The notes below the pieces were generated by a model. The model saw only the letters and a list, made by a program, of their open reading frames with translations, made no database searches and was not told the DNA's origin. From positions 68,440,656-68,479,683 of the forward strand of contig NC_068988.1 in NCBI RefSeq assembly GCF_001194135.2: a stretch of DNA of 39,028 nt, written 5' to 3'. This document shows positions 21,698 to 35,620 of this stretch, in pieces. Made by a program: the position numbers and the translations under genes. The DNA is from Octopus bimaculoides (taxonomy: Eukaryota). Positions within the stretch are counted from its first letter, which is position 1, and each line of letters opens with the position of its first letter.

Positions 21698-21984
21698 TCT
21701 ATGTTTTTAAAAGACGAGGTTGTCAAAGACGCGAAATATTTCGTCATAAGTGTGTTTCAGTTGATTTAAAATTAACCACTACAATTATCACTACAATCAT
21801 CAATCGCAACAATGAATGTGTTACTAGTTTAAGCACAAGATCAGAAATTTAGAGTGAAAGGATTAGTAGATCATGTTCAACCTAGCGATAAATATTTTAT
21901 TTAGCCCAGAGAGTAAAAGTAAAGTGCTGCCTGAAATCTTAGGACACATAAAAGCCAATTATCCGTTTTCCAAGTCGCGTAAAT

Positions 21985-22145
21985 GACCGTCTTCCTGAAT
22001 GGAGCGCCAGTCCGTTGCATGATTACTCATTTACAGCGAAATGAAGTAGAGCAACGTAAAAATTAAGCTCTAGAACACAACACACATCCGGTTTGGGAAT
22101 CGAATCCGAAAACTTGCGAACATGAGTGCAACATCCTAACCACGG
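21985..22145 (-). mobile_element. tRNA-derived SINE family B, diverged
   Basis: tactcatttacag..gagcaacgt.aaa..gaacacaacac..gggaatcgaa (reverse-complement B box TTCGATTCCC). Homologous to 35395-35582. Confidence 0.6.
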
Positions 22146-22149
22146 TGAG

Positions 22150-22262
22150 GGAAAGCAAATTTAACTTTAACTTCATGTGAATTCAGAACTAAAAACCTCA
22201 GAAGAAATACCGCAAGGCTAACTCTTTTGAATGGTCTAATGATTCTGTCAGCACGCTACCTA
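22150..22262 (-). mobile_element. SINE family C head, diverged
   Basis: gaattcagaac.aaa..gaaataccgc.aagg..ctaa.gattctg.cagc.cgc.acct pattern, shared in part with 19730-19760. Confidence 0.38.
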
Positions 22263-24063
22263 ACAACAGACGACCGGTATTTCAAAGACTGAAACATGGA
22301 AATAAATTGTCTGAGAAAATCTTGGAGATTTAACTTGTGGCAGTCTGTGAGACTACAATATCTTATTCAATAAGAATAAATACGTTTCTTAACTATTTTC
22401 TCGCAGTATCTATCGGAAATTAACTGTGTACCTCCAAGGATAAGTGTGTTTTCTATTATACAAGTCCTTTGTTTTTTTAAATATCGATAGAAAAGTTAAT
22501 TAAATTTAGTACTGAAACGAAGTTTATTAATTAATGCTTCCGCAAATGTTAAAAAGAAACAGTGGAATCGACATATTTTGTTAAAATATCCCACAATGAT
22601 TAAATTGCATTGAATAAATATAAGCATATGTGTATGTACAATGCGCATGCCTCAATGTATGCATATTTCTATGAGAGGTATACATACATACATGTATACA
22701 TGCATATAAATATATTTATATNNNNNNNNNNNNNNNNNTCTCACACACACACATATAAATTAATATCTTGATCTCAAGAGAGGAACTAATTTTCAAATCC
22801 TTTCACACGAAGCTGGTGAGGTTCATGTGCTCAATAATTTTTCTTGGAAAAATAGAGCTTGACGTCATGAGGAAAACATGGTCAGCAAGGAATTTCTGAG
22901 GATCAACATTTTCAGATAGAATACTTAATTGAATTGCTTAGTTCAAGTCTGAGGAGTTTGACAGTATATAATTTGTGTTTGTAAGAAATACAAATACCTA
23001 TCTACAATTAACCATTGTAATATCCTCTTCCTTGAGACCGTAATAAAATATTTGTAGCAGCTGTCGCACTGTAGAGTGTAAGCTCAGGAAAAAGTATGTT
23101 AATGATCAATTTCATGCCAATCATCTTTATATTATGATAATGTAGATAATCAGATTATCATATTATGTAATACATTTTTGTTCAGTTATATATATAAGTT
23201 TACACACAGATACATATATAATGTTTTGCGAGTGAAATATTAATAAAAACTTGAACGCGAGAGATACATTTGTACTACCAGAAAGATGACCTATAACAAA
23301 AGCATGGGAATTAGCAATGTCATTTTTAGAGGAGTATATGCCCTGTATGCCTGTTATGTTTATACAAAATTAACAGCATTTTTTCAGGTGATGGTATAAA
23401 TTGACAAAGAGGAAAGTATAAAACCCGTCAATATTTTTCAGCAGTTCCAGTTTTGCAGGGGGAATAAAGGAAATTGTAATCATACTGGAGATGTGTTCCG
23501 AATCTACATTAGAGTGAACTCTGCTCAGCGTATTTAAGAGCCATGTAATGGTATTAAATCAGGTCTCGAATTAAGTCGACGAGTATTTTGATTGAGAAGG
23601 TCGAGTAGAATATTTTATGCTAAAATGTTTAAGTAGCTGACTTAATTTTCAGAAGTGAAGTATTTGTTATAAAAAGTAACTAGTTACACATTTCATTGAC
23701 TATAAAATGTTTCTTAAGTATTGCTTACCGTAAATTCTACCTAACGAATGTTGTCGCTTGAAATTACTATGTTAATTTTCATCTGTTTTACTTGAAATAA
23801 ATGTCATTATCTTGATTGCATGAATCCGCACACCCATGTATAGTTGCAGAAAATTATTTGGCGTCATTCAGACATTAAAACAAAGTTTACTTCACCTGTT
23901 GAAAAGCAAATTCAGTTATATCTTAGGACTATTAATAATATGCTGTGATATTTCATGCTTTTTCGTAAATTGCGAAGAGCAAAATTAAGGAGAAATTACT
24001 CTCCAATAAATTACTGCACTATGAAATCCATCTATGCAAATTCTGAACAGACTATGCCATATA

Positions 24064-25298
24064 CACAACTACCAAAATGTTTACGATCACTTAAAAAACA
24101 TCTACAAAATAGAAATAACTGACAGATTCTGGTGAAGTATTTTATTAATGTATCGGTATATTCATTGGATGACATAATAAACTCAGCAACTAAACAAAAC
24201 TGAAAAATCAGAAAAAAAGCTCTAAATCGTAGACTCATTAAAATATCTGCCCTTGGCCTTGATTACTGTGGAGTATACTCTGGGCATTCTTTCGAGCAAT
24301 GAAAGCAAATATTCATTAGCAATATTTTGCCACTCATCTTGTAAGAAAGTTCAAAGCGTTTCTACACTACTTGGTTGCCGCTTTTTGACTCTGTGATCCA
24401 ATTCCTTCCACACAATGTCGATGAGATTGCAAGGGGGGGGGGGTGCTGGTGATTCCATTACAGTAAACTTCTTCATTTATTTTCTTCTGTAAATACTTTT
24501 TTATAGCTTAGAAGTATGTTTAGGATCGTTATCTTAAATCAGCACAAAATTATCACAGACCAGCCTCGTCCTAGATGGACTGGCATGACGCTGGAGGATA
24601 GAGTGATCCCCATTTTGGTTCAATATTTCTGTTACCCGATGAACATCCCCAGCATTATTGCCTGCAAAACAACCCCCAGATCATCATATTTCTCCCACTA
24701 AGCTTTGCAGTCGGAACAATACACTCAGGAATCATCTGTTCGCCGGTTCTTCGCCTCACATAGGCTACATTGGAATCCGAAGATTTCAAATTTTGATTCA
24801 TACATCCAGAGGACTTGTTTATATTGATCAACAGTCTAGTTTTGTTGTTTCCTGGCCCATATGAGTCGCTTATGTATATTCACAGGTTGAAGCAGTGATT
24901 TTCAGGCACCACAACAACCATTTAGACCAGCAGTAATGAGTCTACTCCTCACGGTTGTAGTAGGAATCATGTTAGCTTCGCCAATTTCAATCAGCGATTT
25001 CATTTGCTCTTAGGCACCTATTTCGGAGACTAGTAACTCAAAATGCATTACAATGTTGCCACAAAGTGGGTGCTAAAATGATTTTGACAACACACCCAAA
25101 TAGGCTTGTGGTCAAGAAATATGATTATTTGCATATAAAATATGTATAGTGTTATTCCATATAGAATAAACTCCAAACTGTATGCAATATGTTATTCCAT
25201 ATTCTTATTCCAAAAATGTATCTAAATCCATGACATTGAACCAAAAATTCCTCTTTGAAACAAACTTTTGTAGACGATCTTAAACTTTTGGATAATAG
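24064..25298 (-). mobile_element. Decayed Tc1-type DNA transposon, about 1.24 kb, short degenerate TIRs, TA flanks
   Basis: Left TA|cacaactaccaaaatgtttacgatc and right gatcttaaacttttggataatag|TA share gatc.taaac.ttttgg. A transposase remnant lies inside. Confidence 0.75.
24245..25040 (-). pseudogene. Tc1 transposase pseudogene
   Basis: Minus translation: SLRNRCLRANEI, TTTVRSRLITAGLNG, KRLIWARK, VLWMYESKFEIFG, YVRRRTGEQMIPECIVPTAKLSGRNMMIWG, DNDPKHTSK, VWKELDHRVKKRQPSS, LQDEWQNI, LLERMPRVYSTVIKAKG. Many stops and frameshifts. Confidence 0.92.
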
Positions 25299-25947
25299 TA
25301 TATATATATTAAGAAGTGTTAAATTTCTATTCCAAATTCAGTTAAGAATGGTTCTCGATGTTGTTGTTTAGACTTTGATCTGCTCTACTTAAGTAAACCT
25401 ATTATTAAAAGAGTGCAAGCTATGTCTATTCAATCTGTTTCAATATCAGACACTACCTTATCAAAGATGTCCATCCTTTTTCTAATACGGTAAGGACTGG
25501 TTTCAAAGAGATACATCTATTATAACATGTTATGCGAAATCATAGTTGCTACTAAGTTGAATTGATTGCCCTCAAAAATATTTGTTCAAATATTGAGAAT
25601 CATAAATTTAGGTTTCCTAGGAATTTTTCATGACTTTGGACATTTTGATGACCCAGGAAACGAAGGGCAGAGAGAGGAGGAGAACAAGGACGTTATCTTA
25701 ATCTCGGAGACCTAGTTTTGATACTTCCACTATAGTGTAGCTCTGGAAAGACAGCTAAGAATCAAAATGTTTTGATAATAGACGGAATAAGTCTACTGTT
25801 CAAGAACAAGAATGACCTCGCACAGTTTACATCTGATATATTTCTGTCTCAAGGCTCTGGTTGATACGCGGTTATTGTAGTAATAAGTGGTCTACGGTAC
25901 ACTACAGCGGGATCTAACTCGCAACCATGTAGTTGCACAGATATCGC

Positions 25948-26115
25948 ACAGATATCTATTTCCTTATTGCCCACAGGGTGCTAAACATAGAGGGGACACA
26001 CAAGGAGAGACAAAGGAATTAAGTCGACTACACCGACCTCCGTACGTAACTGATACTTATTTAATCGACCCAGAAAAGAAGAAAGGTAAAATCGATCTCG
26101 GCGGGATTTTGAACT
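25948..26115 (-). mobile_element. SINE family C variant (3' two-thirds)
   Basis: tatctatttccttattgcccacagg.gctaaacatagaggggaca..aagtcgac..tacttatttaatcgaccc.gaaa..gaaagg.aaa.tcga.ctcggcgg.att.gaact, ending in a reverse-complement B-box-like motif. Confidence 0.68.
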
Positions 26116-26243
26116 TTCACACAGTCAGATATTACGATACTCAGTACGTAATGAACCAGTCGTTTTGGTGATGTGTTGTATAAATATCTGTAATATCATA
26201 AACCAGCCTGTATCAAGCAAGTACACGAATACTAGACACGTTA

Positions 26244-26299
26244 TAACTGATATTATGAGAGTCGAATGAATTGTAACTGATATGAGAGTCGAATGAATT
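26244..26299. repeat. Short tandem duplication (aactgata..tgagagtcgaatgaatt x2)
   Basis: Direct repeat with a period of about 27-30 bp. Confidence 0.85.
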
Positions 26300-29200
26300 A
26301 TACTTTTCCACCAAACATAAGTGTATTACTGAATGAATGTTTTCATCGATCATTATATAGAGAACCATAGATATTCGGTGTATTGTTCTGTTGAAAGTGA
26401 TACAGAATTAATCCCGCTATGATTATCTATTCCTTAAATTAATTTGCACATTATTGTTTTGCATAGGTCGAGATTATGTTCTTTAATTCTATAGACAACA
26501 TTTATATATTTACTACAAATTTATTCTATTTTTTGGCAGCGTATCTCTATAACTAATCATTAATTCAATCATCTTCTTACTAATTTAGTCAATATTAAAA
26601 ATAACGAACTATTTATTCGTTTCGGCACAGAGATAGTAAAAACACTGTTTTTGAAAACATGGGATATATTATATGTAATCAATATTATTGAATGCCACTG
26701 AAAACACATAAAAAGGTGATTCAATGTTGCTGTAAATTGTGATAAAATGTAAAACTTTTAAAGTTCAGAAAGGGTAATGCTGGTACTACATGTCAAACGT
26801 ATGAGACTAAGTATTCTATACTCCAACGGAAACATTGTTAACAACAGTTCGAAAGCAAAGAATCAATACACACATGTAAGCACACAGAATCATAAAGTAA
26901 AAAGAGGAGATAGGAAATTATTATGCATAAGTAGTAAAATATTACTGCAATATCGACAAAATGGACGCTGTTGGATTACATAAATTTCCTTGCCACAGTT
27001 TTCATGTGTTCAATGCTATTAACAATTCAATTTAACCCCTGCTACCCTCCCCTATAAATTGCTATATGTTTTCATTAATTCGGCAACATTACATATTGAT
27101 CCTCCATTGCTACCATCATCAAAAGTATTTTTTCGACTGAAAGTACATCTAATCACAACACTATGCTAAAATATGATGGGAAGGAAACAAATATTGTAAC
27201 ATATTTCGTCAAATTTCTTCCTAAATACTGAATGCGTCAGACTTTGTGGAAGTATGATCCTAAATGCATTTACTATTCACTGTGTAGAAGAATCATCCTA
27301 AATGCATTTATAGTTGATGCTAGAAATAAGCTTTTATTCAGGATTGCTTAGTAATCACATAATATATTGATTGTCATTTGGAAATAGTGAAACATAAAAT
27401 GGTAATCAAAACCTCTAAAACAGCTATAACGTATTATATCAATTTTCACAGACTGCTTAGAATAAAAATTGATACCAGTCTCAATTTGTATGTATTCTAT
27501 TAAAATGACGTGTTGACTACATATATTCCAGTCAAATATATTATTCCAGTCAGAGGTGAGAAAAGAAAGGGGATATGCAAATGTACACATAAATATGTAA
27601 ACGTTTAACAATACGTACGAGTAGATTGCTTCAAATTACAGATTGAAGCAGGGCTTTATATTTGAGTCTCAATAATTCATTGTTGAGTCGTTCCAGACGA
27701 TTTTCCAACAGAAGTAAAAGTAACACACAAAAAATACACTTTTCTTGCAATCAACTAAAGCAGAGGAAATAAATTTGCTTCAAAGAGCAAAATACAAAAT
27801 ACTTTCACATAATTTCCCTTCTAGATTAATTTCACTGGCGTAGTTGTGTAATTACGACGTTCTTTTTTCACTTCAGTTTCCAGCACAATCACGCTACTTG
27901 AAACATCGAGCAAGTGTCTATAGTCAGAAGTCAACCAAAATCATGAAAGTGAAATCTAGTAGATAACTTATTTCTAAAAACTCACAGGTGGGAAACTTTT
28001 TTCTGTTCTTGGAGGTTAGATATAATCAACTTTCAGACTTAACACAGTGGACAGAAAATTAGGACGTAATGTCGTAATGTCTTTATATTTAGGACGGGAG
28101 ATTTCAGGTAAAATGCAGTAGTTAGAAATGCCATACGGAGAAACTAAAATGGAGAGGGAATGTCATTGAAGAGGTTGCGATTGGCGACAAAAGGAATTTG
28201 ATAAACAGAATTGATTGACTGTTTAACCGAGTGTTTAATCAAACAATACATTAGTTTGTTCATTGAACAGTTAACCAAACCAATTAAAGAATAATAAATA
28301 GGTAAACTTGATCCAGTACAGGTGATTATTATCGGCATAATGACCCTCCCGAGATTCAAGTAAAGTGCTAACTTATTGATGGAGATACTATGAGTTATAT
28401 CAGTTCAAAATAATTATAAACTTGAAATTCTCATTATAACTTCATGCTGGATTTTTCTTTTTACTTAAACAAATGCTTCCCGTCGCAATCTCTAATATGA
28501 ACACATTCATCTCACACAACTTATACATTATAAGCTTTGAAAATATGATGGAGGCCAGTACTATTATTTATCATACTTAATCACTTCCTGGAAAACGCTA
28601 GTATATATTTTGATTTCCTCATCTACTACTCATCACTATTCATTTCATAGTATCATCCTTCATAGAGACTTTAAACAAACACGAAAAGCTATTGCTTTGA
28701 TCTTTCCTAATAACTGTACTCGACCTTCTGGTCTATACTTGTACTGCAAAACTACTCGAATTCAGGTTACATCTTTTCACAATGATACTGATTAAGAAAC
28801 GGCCATTGATTCAGTTATTTCCATAAGTATGTCCATTGTAAGTCTTTCTGTTTGACATGTGCACACATCTACACACATGCACATATATACACGTGTACAT
28901 ATAAAGATATAATGCTTAACTTATGATTAGTCACCTAATGCTGTATATATTTTTTCGTTAGTTGAAACACCAGAATTAGAATGTGCTGCACTTAGAAGTT
29001 TATACTGACATAACACAAAACAGTGGAGAAACAATCTCAACTTTACGTAGTCACAACTCATTGCTACATATCAAAGCACTGATTGTTAATTGAAGGTTAC
29101 AATGTTTACGTCCGAGTTGAACATATTTTGGCAATTCAAGTGCAGTTATATAGATCGAAACGTACAGTATAAATAAATTACGAAAAGTTCAAAGCCAAGC

Positions 29201-30440
29201 AGCGGCACGATTGTGTCAAAAGTACAATAAATGTAAGATCTGGCAATTTATGATGATGTTTCTTGCTTATTATGCGTGTGAGGGGGTGTACGTGCGTGTA
29301 TATATATATATATNNNNNNNNNNNNNNNNNNNNNNNNNNNNNNNNNNNNNNNNNNNNNNNNNNNNNNNNNNNNNNNNNNNNNNNNNNNNNNNNNNNNNNN
29401 NNNNNNNNNNNNNNNNNNNNNNNNNNNNNNNNNNNNNNNNNNNNNNNNNNNNNNNNNNNNNNNNNNNNNNNNNNNNNNNNNNNNNNNNNNNNNNNNNNNN
29501 NNNNNNNNNNNNNNNNNNNNNNNNNNNNNNNNNNNNNNNNNNNNNNNNNNNNNNNNNNNNNNNNNNNNNNNNNNNNNNNNNNNNNNNNNNNNNNNNNNNN
29601 NNNNNNNNNNNNNNNNNNNNNNNNNNNNNNNNNNNNNNNNNNNNNNNNNNNNNNNNNNNNNNNNNNNNNNNNNNNNNNNNNNNNNNNNNNNNNNNNNNNN
29701 NNNNNNNNNNNNNNNNNNNNNNNNNNNNNNNNNNNNNNNNNNNNNNNNNNNNNNNNNATATATATAGTTTAGATGCATTTAAAAGAAAAGGAAATGGAGT
29801 GTAGGGAGTTTGTTTATTATTATCAAAAGGTCACTCGTCTTTGCTTCTTGCGGCCGATTCAATTAATACTCAATAATTTAATTACAAATTTGTACATTAA
29901 TTTTACAATTATGTGACATGAGTATAATTTCATCAGAAGAAAACAATGTACATTTAGATGATATATGTGGCATTATCAATTCATTTTAGTAGACTAACAG
30001 TTACGGTTTATGATTTGTATTATTATATGCTCGGGCGAAAGGTTTACAGGTTGATTAACGATAAAGTAGAGAAGAGAAATAAAATTAGAACAATAAATAA
30101 AGTAAACAGTGGAATTTTAAATACAGATAAAGCAAATTTATAGTTAATCAAAGAATAAATATTCATTTATAAAGTATGGATAAAACTATAAAAATGTGCA
30201 TGCACACACGCGCGCACACACACACATAAATGTATACATATACATATAGCCCCATATATACACAGAGATACGTGCATATACCTATACATGTAAATGCATT
30301 CAAACGTATACACATATTCATGCATATACGTATATACACATACATACACATACATGCATGAATACATATACACAGTCATACACTACACATACACATGCAT
30401 ATGCACACGCACACATATTTATATACATATGTGTATATAC

Positions 30441-30478
<38 letters not shown>

Positions 30479-30867
30479 TTGGGTGTGTACTCTTTGTACC
30501 CATCACCCCTAAAAAGAAATTAATATAAATCCATAATTGTCAATCAATTCCCATTGGTTAATGAAATTTCGAATTAGCGTGTTCATACCATAGCATTTCA
30601 AGGTAAGTATATTCATCCATAACGGTTTTGTAAAATATTGATATCTAAATGTACGCATGAATATAATTTCACACACAGATACGCATGCGTGCATGTGTAC
30701 GTATAGTTAATCTGATATACAATCATGCACATATACGCCTATACATGCATGCACATACAGGTACATATATACGTCTACGCAGACATACACATATACATAT
30801 ATATGCATGCATACAAACACACACACACATATATATATAAAGATTTGTCTACATATATGTACGTATA

Positions 30868-30959
30868 CAGAGTTTATACACAGTGTTATTGAATCAAGGT
30901 TTCTGTTTAAAGTGATCTCAAAGTGACCCTTGATTCAATAACACTGTGTATAAACTCTG
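30868..30959. repeat. Perfect 32-bp inverted repeat with 28-nt spacer
   Basis: CAGAGTTTATACACAGTGTTATTGAATCAAGG (30868-30899) is the exact reverse complement of 30928-30959. Confidence 0.95.
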
Positions 30960-30967
30960 CATTTGGA

Positions 30968-31138
30968 ATGGCCAATTTCAAAGACTGTTGGATTTTACAC
31001 ATAGGGTATTGGAATCTTAATAATGGATTTACTAATGCAATGACCAATCTTAAAGGCAATTGGATTTTACTCACTGGAAGGTACTGGAATCTTATATGTA
31101 TACCATTCTGCCTAAACAATGGATTTACAAATGCAATA
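30968..31138. repeat. Diverged tandem duplication of about 72 nt
   Basis: atg.ccaat.t.aaag...tggatttta...gg.ta.tggaatctt..aa.aatggatttac.aatgca occurs twice. The second copy carries in-frame insertions. Confidence 0.8.
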
Positions 31139-32740
31139 TCCCTGCATTCACTCTCTATTTCCTATCTTATCTAAATTAACTATTGCTTAACCATCCTCTC
31201 ACACCGTCTTCGATGAAAGGATATAATAAATATCCTGGATACAGCTGTAGGACCTATTTATAAATGTTCTAAAATATACACAGCCTTGTTTTTTTGTATC
31301 TCATCAGGAAAAGTAACTCCTTACACATGTATATATATATACACATAAACGTGAAGTATATTTGCCACTTAAATGCGGCTAACCACTAAGGGTGAATGCT
31401 ACTGTAGCTTGTAGCCCCAGGAGAACGCCTTCTCCAGCTGGCTATTGACACACTTTCTGTACCCTGTCAATATTTGCAAAGGGAAGTCATCCTTCCCATC
31501 GTCGACCTGAGAGAGACCCACCTTAGTTTGCTGATCCCATGTTTTAGAAAGAAGAGCTGATGCACATGCATACATACTCAAGATCACATCTCCTACAAAA
31601 GGATGAATAACCCCTTGTGCTTATTGAAAAACCTTTACGCAATCAGACACTAGAAACACTTGCCTACTGATGTGATCTCTTTTATCTCCTTGCATATTGA
31701 TTTTTGTTCACCCAGAGTAACATATTGGGTTGTAATTCTTCTGCTCAAAACAACTAAATGCATTCATTTCAACAATCCTACCAATTCCACAGAAGACACT
31801 TAACTTAAACGTTTTTGTTTGGAAATATGACACACCAGGAATTCCGTCTTTTATCACGCTTTGTACAGCATGTGTGAGCCTGTAGGTTTTCAAGCAGTAC
31901 ATGATCATTGTTATTTTTATGAATATAAACAGTCCCAGGATTACTCGTCGTCTTTGTTATAGTTCAAATAGTTGGCATCATCATCATCATCATCAAGATG
32001 TCTCCCATGTTCACAACAAATTTGAATTTTGCAAAGAAAGACGAGGAAGCATTTTGCTCTAGGATTTTTTATCGTAGCAAAGAGCACAACTAGCGACACA
32101 TTGCTCTATGTTCCTTAATTCTGTTTTCAGATTGCTTTTGCGATCTTCCTGAACCACGCACTTAAAATTTTCGTTTTGGGGGGAGCAAAACAATACGTCG
32201 GTTAAAAAACAATATTTGGTTTGTTGACGTTCCCATATTAATTTAATTTTCTGCTACCAGATTTAATCGTCTTGCTACAAATATCCAAATCTCTCTCAAA
32301 GAATACTTAGTTTCCAAAATGGTAAAACGGAAAATTTAGTCAGAGATTAGATATTTTGAAAAAAACGGATTGCACCATGACTAGAATAGTTTTGTCTATA
32401 AATGTGTTCGACTCATGTTTAAAACAACAATAACAACAACCACAATGTGAATCACAGACGCATTATGATTACCACATTCTTTCGTAGTCGAAAACTCAGT
32501 TGGTATAACCATTTCTGCTGCATGTTAATGAATATCAATAAGATAAATTATCATACATTACTTCTCGGTTGACCACAGAGTTTTAACATCCACCAATGAA
32601 ATGATATCGAATCGGAGAACAGTATATCACTGTATGTCCTATTGTGTGTGAGTGAGTATACGAGTATACGTATGTATATGAATTGTGTGAATGTATGTCA
32701 GTATCTGTCTTCGCGTATGCATCTGTATACATGCACGCAT

Positions 32741-32772
<32 letters not shown>

Positions 32773-35394
32773 ACACACATATATATACATATATNNNNNN
32801 NNNNNNNNNNNNNNNNNNNNNNNNNNNNNNNNNNNNNNNNNNNNNNNNNNNNNNNNNNNNNNNNNNNNNNNNNNNNNNNNNNNNNNNNNNNNNNNNNNNN
32901 NNNNNNNNNNNNNNNATATATATTGGGTCTGTGTGAATGTATTGATTAATTTTCTTGAAAGTACTCGATACCAGACCGTTTTCAGATTTATTTCATTATA
33001 ATAAGACCACAATAAAATACGTGTGATACATTTTAGAGTTGAGAATCCGTAACCATGCTAATTGCATTTTTCGCTCAATAGAGATATTGTTTCATGTGTA
33101 TGAGGAAAAAGAAAATAAATAAATATAACCTCAAAAATCATCTCAAAATAAAACAAAATAGTGAAAAAAATTCTATTTCTTCCGTAACAAGAAATTTCAC
33201 TGAAAACATATAACATATTCTAGTTTTAAATTGTTTTACTTTGTGCTCTTCAGGTAATCAGCAAAATAGCGACGATGTAAAATCTCAGGTGTTTTTTTGT
33301 CTCCCGACGGTTCTTAATAATTTTACTCGTAATGTTATTTCAAATGTAAGTCAAAGCCGGGATTAAGAGTCTTCTCAGTATATAATAAATGGTTTTGACA
33401 CGAAACCGTGTCTTTGTGTAAACTAATGTTTCTTTCATATTGATAGTCTTGGTAGTATTACTGACAGCAGCAATATTTTGCTGATAGATTACCATAAAGA
33501 ATTATACGACTATGGCATGTGAAAAGGAGCTTGTAGCAAATGATTGTGAGAGATATGGTTGGTACCTGAGAGATAGTGGAAAGATTAAAGAATAGGTCAA
33601 TGAAAGTTAGGTTTGTAAGGATGCTAAATGTAAAACGTGAACATATTTGTTCGATATAAAAACACAATTGGGGAAGTAATCTACTTATCGGCAGCATTAT
33701 AAACAACAATGCGAGTCGCAAAGATATTATTGTGAAAAGAATAGTTTTGTCATTTAAACCTTATTATTAAAATCGTCTGTGCTACATTTTTGTAGATATC
33801 CATGACATAGCATTGTTCTAAATTATTTGTCATTTGATCCCAGAAGTTTGACAACCATCAACAGAAATGTTCTCTGATAAGAGGAGGTATGTCATTGTGT
33901 AAGTATAGTGTGGCTATGCTTATTTGCATTGAAATGTGAATTCTCTGTACCTTTACCATTAGTAAAAAAAATCAGATATGAAGATTTGATTTAATTTCTC
34001 GTGGTTGATGTTATTTAGTAGTAAGGTAATGTCTATACTACTTACAGAATATAAGGAAGTATAGATTCTGACCAGCACTCGTTTTCCCTCCACATTCTGT
34101 AAACATTTAATTTTATGTTGCTATTTAAGTAGTGTCACTCGAAACATGATATCAAGGTACTAATAATTGGTTCGCTGCCCCTTTATTGTCATAAGTGAGA
34201 TGAAAATGCAAAGTATTCGATCTGATTCTTAAACTGCGAAAACTGAATTGGTTACCCTACTGGATAACAACAAATAGGGAACTGTCTAAAGTCTAGATTC
34301 AACAATTATTTTCAATTTAAATTTGTTAGAAATGTCATTGGTTTCTTTAAGGATTATTTAGGCTATTTCATGGATAAAATTTTAAAGACAAGGTCTCGTC
34401 CCTGTATTTATTAATTTAAATTGCGCAGAAATGTTTTTCTTATTTATCTACACCTAATATGAGACAAATATTTATCCACTTGAACAATTCAAAATTATAT
34501 GATCAAGCAAAATTCTATTCCACGAAATTGTATGACTGAATACCAACAGGGGCGAAAACACATTCATCAAAATAATAGCTATAACTTAAAAAGCGACTTT
34601 AAACGCAATTGGATTTCAAAATCATATAGTGGTATATTAATGAACACTTTCAAAATTCGCTACTCTTAGCATCTCAATCAATGGATGTTCCTATGAAATC
34701 TTAAAAGCAAAACTATGAAGTCCGATATAAAACACAATTCCTTATGGCAGCTTAGCAGTATAGTCATTTCAAATATCACTGAGAATGCTTTCGTTGATTC
34801 AAAAAATTTCATTCATAGAAGATATATAGACGGCTTAGACTATTCTTCCCAAATTTAGATTGAACGTAATTTTGTAGGCAGCAAGTATTTTGGTTGATTT
34901 CTTAGTGCATAAAATGCTACATTCACTGATATTTACATTTACGTTGACCTTATCTAACGTAAAAAATTTACATTACCCAGCAAAATAGTTAATATTTCAG
35001 TATTTTTATTCTTTTCAAAGGAACACCTGTTGATGATATACCACAATAAAGTAAAAACCAGGAACAGTTTAAGAAAGGCATTCTACTTCACTTGGTAATA
35101 ATGCAAGTATCCGTTAAATATTTCCCGCCGACATACTAAGTGTAGTTGTTTTTGTGTACATACATATATGTAGACACAAATACAGACACATAAACCTACG
35201 ATTTTTCATAATTTATTTTCGGTTTATATTATTCAACTTCGCGGAAATCTATCTACTCACGAGGAAAGTTGGAAGCCTCTTGGAGTTTGTAGTTATCTAG
35301 AATGGCTGACGTACATATGCATACGTACGTGTTGTGCGTATGTGTGTATGTACATCTACACCAGCCCCCTCTTCACCCTACCGATGTAATTCAC

Positions 35395-35579
35395 ACGAAA
35401 GGCAAAGGCACGTACAGTTTGGTACCAACAAGATTGCAACTCATTTCTGAAATTGAGTGAACTGGAGCAACGTGAAACAAAGTACCTTGCTCAAGACCAC
35501 AACACACAGCACGATCCGGGAATCGAACTAATTACCTCATGATTGTGAGCCCAACACTCTAACGACTGAACAATGCATC

Positions 35580-35582
<3 letters not shown>
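35395..35582 (-). mobile_element. tRNA-derived SINE family B
   Basis: gagtgaactggagcaacgtgaaacaaagtaccttgctcaagaccacaacac..ccgggaatcgaact..ctctaacgactga: reverse-complement A- and B-box-like motifs plus a conserved body. Confidence 0.75.

Positions 35583-35620
<38 letters not shown>

Noticed and set aside
29155-29170. GAAACGTA-CAGTATA with a complementary TATACTG about 155 nt upstream
   Set aside because: There is no CUGANGA after the upstream strand, so this is a chance match.
4963-33012. Long ORFs containing X runs (e.g. 11230-12234, 20571-21506, 13008-13676)
   Set aside because: Their length comes from N gaps.
33397-33427. 6-bp hairpin followed 10 nt later by CTAA|T, Helitron 3'-end-like
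   Set aside because: Too short, with no 5' TC end or second copy.
34046-34096. Candidate 51-nt minus-strand exon, plus similar single candidates at about 25621, 27877 and 31592
   Set aside because: The splice signals alone are within chance expectation and the peptides are unrecognisable.
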